Positions 15,731-24,092 of a stretch of DNA of 28,001 bases are shown here, piece by piece (position 1 is the stretch's first letter; each line of letters starts with the position of its first letter). Below the pieces are notes generated by a model. That model was not told where the DNA came from. It saw only the letters and a program-made list of their open reading frames with translations, and made no database searches. The stretch comes from Kiritimatiellia bacterium (lineage in GTDB: Bacteria; Verrucomicrobiota; Kiritimatiellia; RFP12; UBA1067), in assembly GCA_045657505.1 (NCBI GenBank), contig JAZOTG010000143.1, forward strand, positions 1 through 28,001, read 5' to 3'. Both the position numbers and the translations under genes were made by a program.

Positions 15731-18055
15731 TTACTCAAACGAAAGTACAGCCTTCTCGCCAGGAGCAAACATGTGCTCTAAAGTCGCTTCTGCGCTGTTG
15801 CGCGTTTTGCCGCGATTCCACCCGGCAAAATTCTTTTTGCCGCCGAACGGATCGACGAGACGAAACACACCGCCCTTTTCAGATGTGATTTCAACACGGA
15901 CAACCTTTGCCCCTCTCATCTCGGCAGAAACGAGGAAACATCCTTTTGCGCGAAGGTTTTCAAACTTTGCATCTTTTGATGTCCAGTTAGGAAACACCTT
16001 CACTATACCATGGTCGCATTGAATAAACATTGAATTAACAAACTCCATTGAGCCAATTTTTTCAACGCCGTGAACTCCATCTCGTATATGAAAGTTTTTC
16101 TGCATACGCGAAAGTTGATGTTTTTTAAAGGCATCAATAACCGCTTGAGCTGGATAGCCCGTACGAATTGCCGTGGCAAAAAGTTTCGGTGTTTGATTTA
16201 TACCAGACCAAGCGCCATCTCCAGCCAATGCAATATTACCGTTTACAGCATTGGTTGCAAGTGTTTTGAATGAATCGGTGATATCAAATGAAAATGCTTC
16301 ACCAGGAATAACGCTTTCAAGATTGACAGCGTTTCCTCCAGATGGATTTGCCTTGCCGTCAGGTTTTTCTACGCCGGAAAGCATCGCAACATCTTTGCCG
16401 TTAATCGGATAAACACCTACTGGAAGCTCGGAAAGATGATCGTTCAACTCTTTCCAAGATGCAATTTTCTCCTTAGACACCTCAATACCGCACAGACGCA
16501 AATCGTCAACAACAGCAATAAGAGTTGAAAGAATATGTTTTAAGCAGGCAACTGCAGGCGCACTGTTCTTCTCAACGCCGCTACCCTCCCACTGCGAATC
16601 CCACACAACATAACGGTAAGTGCCATTGGGGAGAGACTCCTTCTCGCACCATTTAAGGAAAAAATTCGCCGTCTTATCAAGAACAGGCCAAACCTTTTTA
16701 AGATAGTCGCGATTGTGTGTATACTCCCAGTGTGTGCACATAAGCGCACATTGAAAAGCTCCATCAGAAATCTGACTCCAAAGCGTACCGTCACCTTCGG
16801 GGGCGGTACCCCACGGACCGAGAGAAACAGGATAGAGCGCGGCATCGTCAATACCGAACTTCAAATCATTGCGACGGTCTAAATAAGCGCGAGTGTTCTT
16901 AAAAAAGCAACCAAAACAACGATCTATCTTGTTAAGATTATCTTTGGCATTGCGCATAGCCTGAGGAAGATAATCAATAAGCGGATCGGGCATTGATTCG
17001 GCGACCTCGCACCTGTTAGCCGCAAAGCACCCGTACCAAGTAGCGATGTAATTGTAATTCAGATGAAAATCATTGTGCCACCCCGGCTTGTCGGTGGTAA
17101 CCCATATACCATAGAGTCCTGGAGGAAACTTGCCAGCTCTTACGCCTGCACCAAGCAAATAAACCTGGCCGAGATAAAAACGATCAAGATCGGTATCTCC
17201 CGTGGCGATACGGCTACAACCCCACCATTTAGTCCACCATGCGACATGAGACTGTTTATGCTTTTCAATATCGTTCCATGTGTATCGCTTATCGCATGAA
17301 GAAGAAACTATAAGCGCAAATGGCTTGCCTGCAAAAATTTTCAACGACGCCTTTGATTCTCCGCAATTGGGAGATGAAAGACCTTCCAGTTGAGCTCCAA
17401 GTACACTTACAGCCGCTGTTGCATTTGTAACCCAGCCGCGAGTGTCGCCTTGAGGCAGTAAATTCAATGTTGAGCGTCGCACCCAAAAGCCGTCATTAGA
17501 AACTCCGGCCTGACGAGGAAATTCTTTTATTCCATTATGGGCTACAAGCCTAAGAGTCCATGTATCATCTGAATCACATACACCCGTGATTATAAACAAA
17601 TCGTCATCGGAGGAAACGAATGATTCCATCTTCACATGAGACTTGCCAAATATCCCTTCTGTGCGTAGCGTTGCAATTGGAAGGTCAAGAATGTCAGTGG
17701 ACTTAACACTGTTTGGACCAGGAATAATCTCAAAATCAGCAAATGATATTGGAGTAATATCGTTGGAAGTGTTGCCAGAAGTCAATCTGCCGCAGCTCCA
17801 CAAATCGCCGCGCGTGAGAACAAACTTTTTACAGTTACCATCACCGCCGTTTACAACGCCAAGCGATCCATTGCCAAGAAGTGCTGCTGTAGGAATGGTT
17901 TTATCAATTGACGATCCAGGACAAGCACTTTCCCACACAGGATTGAACTGTGACGGATTTGAAAACTCAATTGCTTCTGAAAAAAGCGGGACTACCGACA
18001 TAAAAGGTATTGCCGCACAAACGGCAATACCTTTTATTGATTGCATTACTTTCAT
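15731..18055 (-). CDS. Secreted GH95-like (alpha/alpha)6 glycoside hydrolase
   Basis: True start likely ATG 18055 or 18046; the ORF-track start 18274 lies inside the upstream gene. Signal peptide; LLGNG N-terminal motif, PPGLYGIW...WHNDFHLNYN, and C-terminal VFPNW...F.NLRAKGCFLVSA, all matching the GH95/GH65-like layout. Confidence 0.75.
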   Translation of the reverse strand: MKVMQSIKGIAVCAAIPFMSVVPLFSEAIEFSNPSQFNPVWESACPGSSIDKTIPTAALLGNGSLGVVNGGDGNCKKFVLTRGDLWSCGRLTSGNTSNDITPISFADFEIIPGPNSVKSTDILDLPIATLRTEGIFGKSHVKMESFVSSDDDLFIITGVCDSDDTWTLRLVAHNGIKEFPRQAGVSNDGFWVRRSTLNLLPQGDTRGWVTNATAAVSVLGAQLEGLSSPNCGESKASLKIFAGKPFALIVSSSCDKRYTWNDIEKHKQSHVAWWTKWWGCSRIATGDTDLDRFYLGQVYLLGAGVRAGKFPPGLYGIWVTTDKPGWHNDFHLNYNYIATWYGCFAANRCEVAESMPDPLIDYLPQAMRNAKDNLNKIDRCFGCFFKNTRAYLDRRNDLKFGIDDAALYPVSLGPWGTAPEGDGTLWSQISDGAFQCALMCTHWEYTHNRDYLKKVWPVLDKTANFFLKWCEKESLPNGTYRYVVWDSQWEGSGVEKNSAPAVACLKHILSTLIAVVDDLRLCGIEVSKEKIASWKELNDHLSELPVGVYPINGKDVAMLSGVEKPDGKANPSGGNAVNLESVIPGEAFSFDITDSFKTLATNAVNGNIALAGDGAWSGINQTPKLFATAIRTGYPAQAVIDAFKKHQLSRMQKNFHIRDGVHGVEKIGSMEFVNSMFIQCDHGIVKVFPNWTSKDAKFENLRAKGCFLVSAEMRGAKVVRVEITSEKGGVFRLVDPFGGKKNFAGWNRGKTRNSAEATLEHMFAPGEKAVLSFE

Positions 18056-18071
18056 ACTAAGACTTTCTACG

Positions 18072-19853
18072 TTACTTTGAACGCTCAAGGAGGTCATGCG
18101 CGAGGACAAGAAATGCTGATGCTGTCCATGTATAGGCCGGGTCGCGAAGTGAGTCGCCGGTCTTGGCATTGAAATTCTCCGCAAAGCCCGACTTGTTGAT
18201 GAGGCGGCAGAATTTCTCTGAAATTTCATCGGCAAGAGCATCCTCACCGCAAGCACGCAGCCCCTTAACGGCAATCAAAGTTGACGGGCCCCAAATTGGA
18301 CCTCTCCAATAACCGTCCGGGTGATAATACTTACTGTTTGTCGACTCTGAAGCAAGACCCCACTCAGTAATAAAGCCCTTTTCCTTAATGTCGGCAATCA
18401 TTTTGGCACGGCACTTCTCGGGAAGACGCTTACCAAGAATTATAGGAAGACGAGTGACGAGTGAAAGTGAGTTTTCATCAAAGCCATTGTCACGCAAACG
18501 ACGCACGCGCGGCGAACCATCTTCGGTAAAGAGCACTTTGACCATAGCATCAAGGAGCTTCTTTGATTTGAGCGTCCACTCTTCAGACTCTGCTGTGCGG
18601 CCGAGTGTCTTGGCGATATCGGCAAGGCATTCCATCTGGAGAACTAAGAAAGCCTGAAGATCGGGAGTCTCAAGCGGAGGACGATTATGCTGAATTGCAG
18701 TTGAATTATCCCATCCGGAATCGCAGCCGTCGAGATACTCAAGCAAACCGTTACGGTCAAAATCGCGGCGTGTAAGCCACCATTTTGTCCAACGGCCAAT
18801 CATATCGTAAGCCAATTCAAGACGCTCACGCGAAAACTCTTTCATGTGACGAAGCTGCGAGAAAACCCACCCGTGCACCGGAGGCTTAACTGCAATCCAA
18901 TAAATCTGCTCATCAGAAACCATATCGGGCATCATACCCTCAGGCGAAAGGAAGTCAAACATGCAACGGAACTGCTCCCAGGCGGCATCCTGATCGTGAT
19001 AACCAAGACTGAGTGCATTAATAGCGTGATCCCAACTCCATGTCTTATTCATCCAGTTGTTGCTCATAAGCATCATTGGACGCTTAAACATTCCACGAGG
19101 ACCTGCAATAGTGGTCCAGAAAAGAACCGCCGCATCGTACCTTGACTTCTCGCACCCTGCAGGCACAGAAGGAAGAATACTAAGCCATTTCTCGAAACTT
19201 GCCTTCTGCTTGGCTACAGCCTCTTCAAACGTGCCTTTAATTTCGGAGCCATCCCAGTCGCCGGTGTGAATATCGTGAATTACAACTTCAATTCCCGTCT
19301 TGGAGGGTAACACCTTTACAGTATTGCCATTGTCGGGCTTGCGAACACCCTTGCGCGTATCCATAAGAATACGATCGGCATTATAATGTAAATAGTCAAT
19401 AGTCCTACCAAAAGTTGTAGGAAAATCATACTTCTGACGAGGGAACTGGTACTCAAAACGAACTTCCAATTCAGGAGATTTTGTACGGACAAGTATGGTA
19501 TCGGCATTAAGATACGCAAATTCTATCGAACCCTTCTCTGTAATAGCCTCAAGCCAACCATCGCGCATTACACACTCAGACACCTTAACATCTTGCCCAT
19601 TCACAGAAGGCACAAGACGACAAAAATTCTCGCGCCAAACTGTACTTATGTTACGAATCCAAAGGCCAGGATGCGTATTGAAGTGGTATTTACCACGCTC
19701 TAAACAACTGACCGTTAAAAACGAACCTGGGACACTGTAAGGAAAACCAGGGTTACCAACCTTTACAGGCTTGGCAAAGGCTGCGCATGTCGCGACCGCA
19801 GCGACAAGTGCCATAAACGCGTATGAACGCATTTCACAGTTTTTTCTTCTCAT
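18072..19853 (-). CDS. Secreted GH63/MGH1-like (trehalase/alpha-glucosidase-like) glycoside hydrolase
   Basis: Likely start ATG 19853 (AAGGA SD; alternative 19832). Motifs WSWDHA, KPPVHGW, DSGWDNS, YWRGPIW, FAENF and YTWTAS; the putative catalytic Asp and Glu are both present. Confidence 0.8.
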   Translation of the reverse strand: MRRKNCEMRSYAFMALVAAVATCAAFAKPVKVGNPGFPYSVPGSFLTVSCLERGKYHFNTHPGLWIRNISTVWRENFCRLVPSVNGQDVKVSECVMRDGWLEAITEKGSIEFAYLNADTILVRTKSPELEVRFEYQFPRQKYDFPTTFGRTIDYLHYNADRILMDTRKGVRKPDNGNTVKVLPSKTGIEVVIHDIHTGDWDGSEIKGTFEEAVAKQKASFEKWLSILPSVPAGCEKSRYDAAVLFWTTIAGPRGMFKRPMMLMSNNWMNKTWSWDHAINALSLGYHDQDAAWEQFRCMFDFLSPEGMMPDMVSDEQIYWIAVKPPVHGWVFSQLRHMKEFSRERLELAYDMIGRWTKWWLTRRDFDRNGLLEYLDGCDSGWDNSTAIQHNRPPLETPDLQAFLVLQMECLADIAKTLGRTAESEEWTLKSKKLLDAMVKVLFTEDGSPRVRRLRDNGFDENSLSLVTRLPIILGKRLPEKCRAKMIADIKEKGFITEWGLASESTNSKYYHPDGYWRGPIWGPSTLIAVKGLRACGEDALADEISEKFCRLINKSGFAENFNAKTGDSLRDPAYTWTASAFLVLAHDLLERSK

Positions 19854-19966
19854 TTTTCCTTCTCTTTTGTTTTTCTTCTTTTGGGTTGTTAAATACTTAA
19901 TTGAAGTTCTAGTCACAAGTTCGAGTTCGAAAGCGGTAGATAAAATTCCATTCTCCCACTCCATCA

Positions 19967-22549
19967 TCATTCGAACATGATCAGGGACACCGGACCGACA
20001 AGACCGCACTCACGGAATTGCGCGTTCGCACCGGGACCAGATTTCGTCCAAGTGGAACGCTCGGCTTCAGGGAGTTTGGCATCGGCCACAAGAGCGTTAT
20101 ACCATGTCGATACAACCTCAATGCGAACGGCCGCCTCCTTTCCGTCTTTCACAAACTCGGAGATATCGCACGAATACGGTTCACACCACAGGTCTGCAAC
20201 CTTTTTGCCGTTTATGTAGACCGTAGCCCAATCACGGACCCGTCCAAGGTGCAAAAACGCCTTCGTCCTTTCCCCGTGGATCTTTACGGCACCGGAGTAG
20301 ATGCGGTTCGTCTCTCGCGGCTGATAATCGCGTTCCGCCTTGAGGGTCAGCCGCAGAGTCTCAACCGCAGAACCGCTTGCCGCAGAAGCGGCAGACTTCA
20401 CCTCACCGGTGACAGGGTTGTACAGCGAGACCGACGAATCCTTCACCCAGTAGAATGAGGACACCCCGTCATTGCCTACGACGAAGAAGACATCGGTGTC
20501 ACCGTCATGTCGCTGATACCATCCCGCAACTTCCGACGCATTCATCCCAAGGGATGCTTCGAGAGGCGACGGCCAATCAGGGGTGAAATCGCCACGGACA
20601 ATGCGTGCGCCCTTCTTCTCCAACTCCCCGAATTTCGCCTCGGTCTCCGGCAAAAGGAACGTCCCCCGGGGAATCCAAAGAACACGGTAGCTCATGCCAT
20701 CCGGGAAAACGATGCGCCCGTCCTTGACGGAGACACGCGTCATGAGAGCATCCGAATTCAGATAGTCGTATTTGTACCGGTTGCCGAAAAGCAGTTCCCG
20801 TTCGGACGGCTTGTGGTTCACATCGTCGCCGAGATACATGAGAATGTCGACGGCGGGAAGGCCTCTCTCAAGCTCCCGTCCGCAGCGTTCGAGGTATTTG
20901 GTGAAATGCCGGAGATAGGGCCACCATGTCTGTCCGCGCAGAAAGGGCGATCCTATGTTGCGTCCAAAACTTGAAGACGGAGGCTTGCCTCCAACAACGG
21001 GGTTGTGGGTATAGGTATGGAAGACAATATGCGTCACGCCTCGCGCGAGATGCTTATCGACAATCCTTTTCCAATCCCTGAAATTTTCATTGAACGTCAG
21101 ATTGAAGCTCGTGAGAGACTCCGCACTGACCCGCTTCTTGCCGTAAATATGCGCCGACGATACGCACGGCAGGACAGGCTTGAAATCGTGGCTTCCGACG
21201 AACGATCTGTTGTTGTGCGGACTCCAGAATTCACACATTGGTTCATCCGCATATTTCCAGTAGCGAAGGATGTCACCGGGGATCACGTCACCAAATGCCG
21301 TCTCATACTGCACACTCATCCCGTGCTCTTTCGCAAGGCGCGAAATTTCCCCGTAATAATTCTCCTCTATGAGACGCGAACATACATTCCGCCAGTCGAG
21401 AAGGAATCTCTCGGTCTCCGCTTCGCTCTTCAGAACGTAGCCGAAAAGTGCGGGCAGCCATGATTTCAAGGCATATCCGGTGCGCCTCTCGAACTCCTCC
21501 TCCATTTTCCACGTCCATGTCTGACAGCCGCACTCCCAACTGTCGACAAGCATCCCATCGACCTTTACACCCGCTTTGAGAAGCCTCCCGACATATCCAT
21601 CGAAATTGGCGCGGAATCCGCGCGGATCCATTTTATCGCATTCCCATCCCGTAGCCTCTGCAGGCGCGGGATGGTTTCTCCTCTTCATATTGACATGTCC
21701 GAATACGAGCGTCTTGACACCTTTCGTCCTGACCGGAGACGCATTCGTCGACATCGCAAAGCTCCGGAGTCCCCAACCGGCCTTCGCCTCCCACATGTCA
21801 AGACGCGGCTCGGGGGAAACCGAAGCCTTGACCTTTTTGTTTCCGAAGTTGCGGCTCTCAATCACGAACTGCAGCTTTTCGGGGTTTTCGATTTTCCGCC
21901 TGACCCGTCTCGTCATCCCCACGACATCCTGCCACGCGCCTTGAGAGCACGCCAGCCGGAAAACCTCGTTTGAAGAAGCGTCATATGCGACGATATCGCC
22001 GCCGATATCGTAGGCCCATCCATGGTTTATATATGACGGATTCGGAAGAACAACCGTTGTGTCATCCGACACCTCCAAAGGAAACGCAACCTCCGCAATC
22101 TCACGGTAGTCGTCGTCGGATGTAAAATTCGGCTTTCGGCCGCGTTCAAAGCAGACAAGTTTCCGCATTGCACGGTCCGCCCCTATCCACGGCCCACCGG
22201 ACATGGACCAACCGGGACAGTTCTGCATCTTGAACGCAAGTCCGCGCCGATGGCACTCCCTTTCGGCAAACTTCACGAGATCCACCCAGTTTTCACTCAA
22301 GCACGGTATGGGATTCGTGACGCCCGGCCACGGTTTGTCACCGGCCCATCCGCCATGGAAGAACTGAATGCCGGAAACCCCGGCCTCCGCCAACGCCGCA
22401 ATATCGGCGGCAAGGCCTTCCTTTGAGGCGTTTCCGCCTATAACGTGAAACCACGTCTCCGGGGCGCACGATCCGCCCGGCGCAGCCGACAGGACGGGCA
22501 CATTGAGAAAAACGAACAAAGCAGCGAATGCGGAAATTGAATGTTTCAT
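19967..22549 (-). CDS. Secreted GH106 alpha-L-rhamnosidase-like enzyme
   Basis: Likely start ATG 22549. Motifs PETWFH..GGN.SKEG, CPGWSMSGGPWI, VDSWEC, PMCEFW, SSAHIYGK..VSAESLTS, FHTYTHNP and LHLGRV...ATV.INGK...LW..PY. Tandem TGA TGA stop. Confidence 0.88.
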   Translation of the reverse strand: MKHSISAFAALFVFLNVPVLSAAPGGSCAPETWFHVIGGNASKEGLAADIAALAEAGVSGIQFFHGGWAGDKPWPGVTNPIPCLSENWVDLVKFAERECHRRGLAFKMQNCPGWSMSGGPWIGADRAMRKLVCFERGRKPNFTSDDDYREIAEVAFPLEVSDDTTVVLPNPSYINHGWAYDIGGDIVAYDASSNEVFRLACSQGAWQDVVGMTRRVRRKIENPEKLQFVIESRNFGNKKVKASVSPEPRLDMWEAKAGWGLRSFAMSTNASPVRTKGVKTLVFGHVNMKRRNHPAPAEATGWECDKMDPRGFRANFDGYVGRLLKAGVKVDGMLVDSWECGCQTWTWKMEEEFERRTGYALKSWLPALFGYVLKSEAETERFLLDWRNVCSRLIEENYYGEISRLAKEHGMSVQYETAFGDVIPGDILRYWKYADEPMCEFWSPHNNRSFVGSHDFKPVLPCVSSAHIYGKKRVSAESLTSFNLTFNENFRDWKRIVDKHLARGVTHIVFHTYTHNPVVGGKPPSSSFGRNIGSPFLRGQTWWPYLRHFTKYLERCGRELERGLPAVDILMYLGDDVNHKPSERELLFGNRYKYDYLNSDALMTRVSVKDGRIVFPDGMSYRVLWIPRGTFLLPETEAKFGELEKKGARIVRGDFTPDWPSPLEASLGMNASEVAGWYQRHDGDTDVFFVVGNDGVSSFYWVKDSSVSLYNPVTGEVKSAASAASGSAVETLRLTLKAERDYQPRETNRIYSGAVKIHGERTKAFLHLGRVRDWATVYINGKKVADLWCEPYSCDISEFVKDGKEAAVRIEVVSTWYNALVADAKLPEAERSTWTKSGPGANAQFRECGLVGPVSLIMFE

Positions 22550-22614
22550 TCTATCATCCATAGACCTTGAACGGCGAAACCGCCGCCTCCCGGATTGCAG
22601 GAATTCCATTTGCC

Positions 22615-23970
22615 CTATTTGAACCTGAACGCCTTGAGCGAGAAAAGATCCCCGCCCTTGCGATCCCCGTCGGCGAAGACCAGTTTCACCGCCCTACGCC
22701 CGGAGGGGAAGGGCCTTGTGAGCGGCATCTCCACAACAGACTCGGTCTTTCCGTCTCCAGCCGGGATTTTCACGCTCCCGTACACGGAACCCTCCCCATC
22801 GCGCAATTCGACCCTGCCGCCATGCAGTGAGGCCACGCGCAGCCGAAGATGCGCCGCAGAAGTCCTGAAATTGAAATAGCGCCATGTGGCGGTGTCGCCC
22901 GCCCTGATCCCTGCAAGGTGCTCGAGTCCGTCCTTTTCCGTTACGATGCGGGCGTTCCCCGACATCAGACACGCAAGCCTGGCTGGGGTATCCGCGAACG
23001 GATCGAGGAGCGGTCCCGCGCCATTGGAAGTCTGCTCCACTTCGGCGATAAGTCCGTTTGCATCGAATTCTATCGGTTCGACGCACGGTTTGCGCAGACT
23101 CTTCGTGCCGTTCGTGGATCTGTGGTAGAACACAAACCACTTGCCGCCAAACTCGACGATTCCCCCGTGATTGTTCCAGGATCTGGGATCGCATCCGAAA
23201 TTGTCGATGATGACACCGCGCCGCGTATATGGTCCATACGGGGATTTGGCCGTGGAATAGCCGATCGCCGTAGGCCGCCCGCGCCGTGAAATGTCCGTGT
23301 ATACGAGATAATATGTGCCGCCGCGCTTCACCAGCTGGCTTCCTTCGTGAAAGCCGTGCTGCCTTTCGTTTATGACATTGCCGCGCAACGTGCCGGGGAC
23401 CATTCCGCTCAGATCCGGCTTAAGCTCCGCAATCTTCATGTCGAACTGCCCAAACGTATAGTATACCCTGCCGTCATCATCCATGAACACCGAAGGATCG
23501 ATCTGCCTGGCCCATGGATAGGAGTACAGCGACCTGTACGGTCCTTCCGGCTTGTCGGCAACGGCGACGCCTTCCGTGCACTGCCGGTCAGGGGTGCAGT
23601 AAAAGAGCGCCCACACCCCGTTTATGAAGATTCCGTCAGGAGCATAGAGCGGCGCGTCGGTTCCAGGCACGCCATCGGATTCGCCGCAGGAGGCCAGCAC
23701 TCCCTTGCGAACCGTCCAGGCGGAAAAATCGCGCGTTTCGTAGATGTCATTGAACTGCGAACAGTATTTTGAGCCGTTGCCCTCGTCGCGAGATCCAAAA
23801 AGACGCAGCACCCCGTCGGGTCCTACACGAGGAGCCGGGTCGGAAAGAAACTCCCCTTCGGGCGAAATGGGATTCGCCATCCGCAGAATCTGCGGATCAT
23901 CCGCCTTCGCAGCCGCAAAGATGCACGGCGAGATGGCCGCCGCCACGCCCAGCAGTAAACATTTCTTCAT
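22615..23970 (-). CDS. Secreted GH43 glycoside hydrolase with C-terminal CBM6-like module
   Basis: Signal peptide; GH43 catalytic triad motifs SDP, IDP and HEG; also YAPD and WNNHG. The C-terminal beta-sandwich (GDTATWRYFNF...VELR...GSV...VKLVF) resembles CBM6. Confidence 0.9.
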   Translation of the reverse strand: MKKCLLLGVAAAISPCIFAAAKADDPQILRMANPISPEGEFLSDPAPRVGPDGVLRLFGSRDEGNGSKYCSQFNDIYETRDFSAWTVRKGVLASCGESDGVPGTDAPLYAPDGIFINGVWALFYCTPDRQCTEGVAVADKPEGPYRSLYSYPWARQIDPSVFMDDDGRVYYTFGQFDMKIAELKPDLSGMVPGTLRGNVINERQHGFHEGSQLVKRGGTYYLVYTDISRRGRPTAIGYSTAKSPYGPYTRRGVIIDNFGCDPRSWNNHGGIVEFGGKWFVFYHRSTNGTKSLRKPCVEPIEFDANGLIAEVEQTSNGAGPLLDPFADTPARLACLMSGNARIVTEKDGLEHLAGIRAGDTATWRYFNFRTSAAHLRLRVASLHGGRVELRDGEGSVYGSVKIPAGDGKTESVVEMPLTRPFPSGRRAVKLVFADGDRKGGDLFSLKAFRFK

Positions 23971-23994
23971 AGAATCAAATCCTCTGACAGATTG

Positions 23995-24051
23995 CTATCT
24001 GACAACAATCGAAAAGAAGAAACGAGAATGAAGATTGAAGGTCGTTTTCAT
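23995..24051 (-). other. Small ORF, 18 aa (MKTTFNLHSRFFFSIVVR), possible leader peptide or gene stub
   Basis: AAGGAG SD 6 nt before ATG 24051; the TAG stop is 24 nt upstream of the GH43 ATG. Confidence 0.45.
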
Positions 24052-24072
24052 TCGTTTCTCCTTTTCGTTGTT
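24004..24072. repeat. Long intergenic inverted repeat (about 26-bp RNA stem)
   Basis: Minus strand: AACAA-CGAAAAGGAGAAACGA-ATGAA / 14-nt loop / TTCAT-(TC)-TCGTTTCTTCTTTTCG-(A)-TTGTT. 26 pairs including one G-U, with two small bulges. Confidence 0.85.
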
Positions 24073-24092
24073 AAACCGTTTCTGGTTAACTC

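Noticed and set aside
18056-18274. N-terminal extension of the GH95-like ORF (also 19854-20009 for GH63-like and 22550-22609 for GH106)
   Set aside because: The GH95-like and GH63-like extensions overlap the upstream gene; all three would place the signal peptide internally. Downstream ATGs fit better.
22570-22587. Small GC hairpin between the GH43 and GH106 genes
   Set aside because: Only about 5 Watson-Crick pairs plus wobbles and no U-tract; not supportable as a terminator.
23995-24051. Classical Phe-biosynthesis attenuator interpretation of the FFF leader
   Set aside because: Only 4 Phe in 18 codons, no downstream terminator, and downstream genes are CAZymes; kept only as a generic regulatory candidate.
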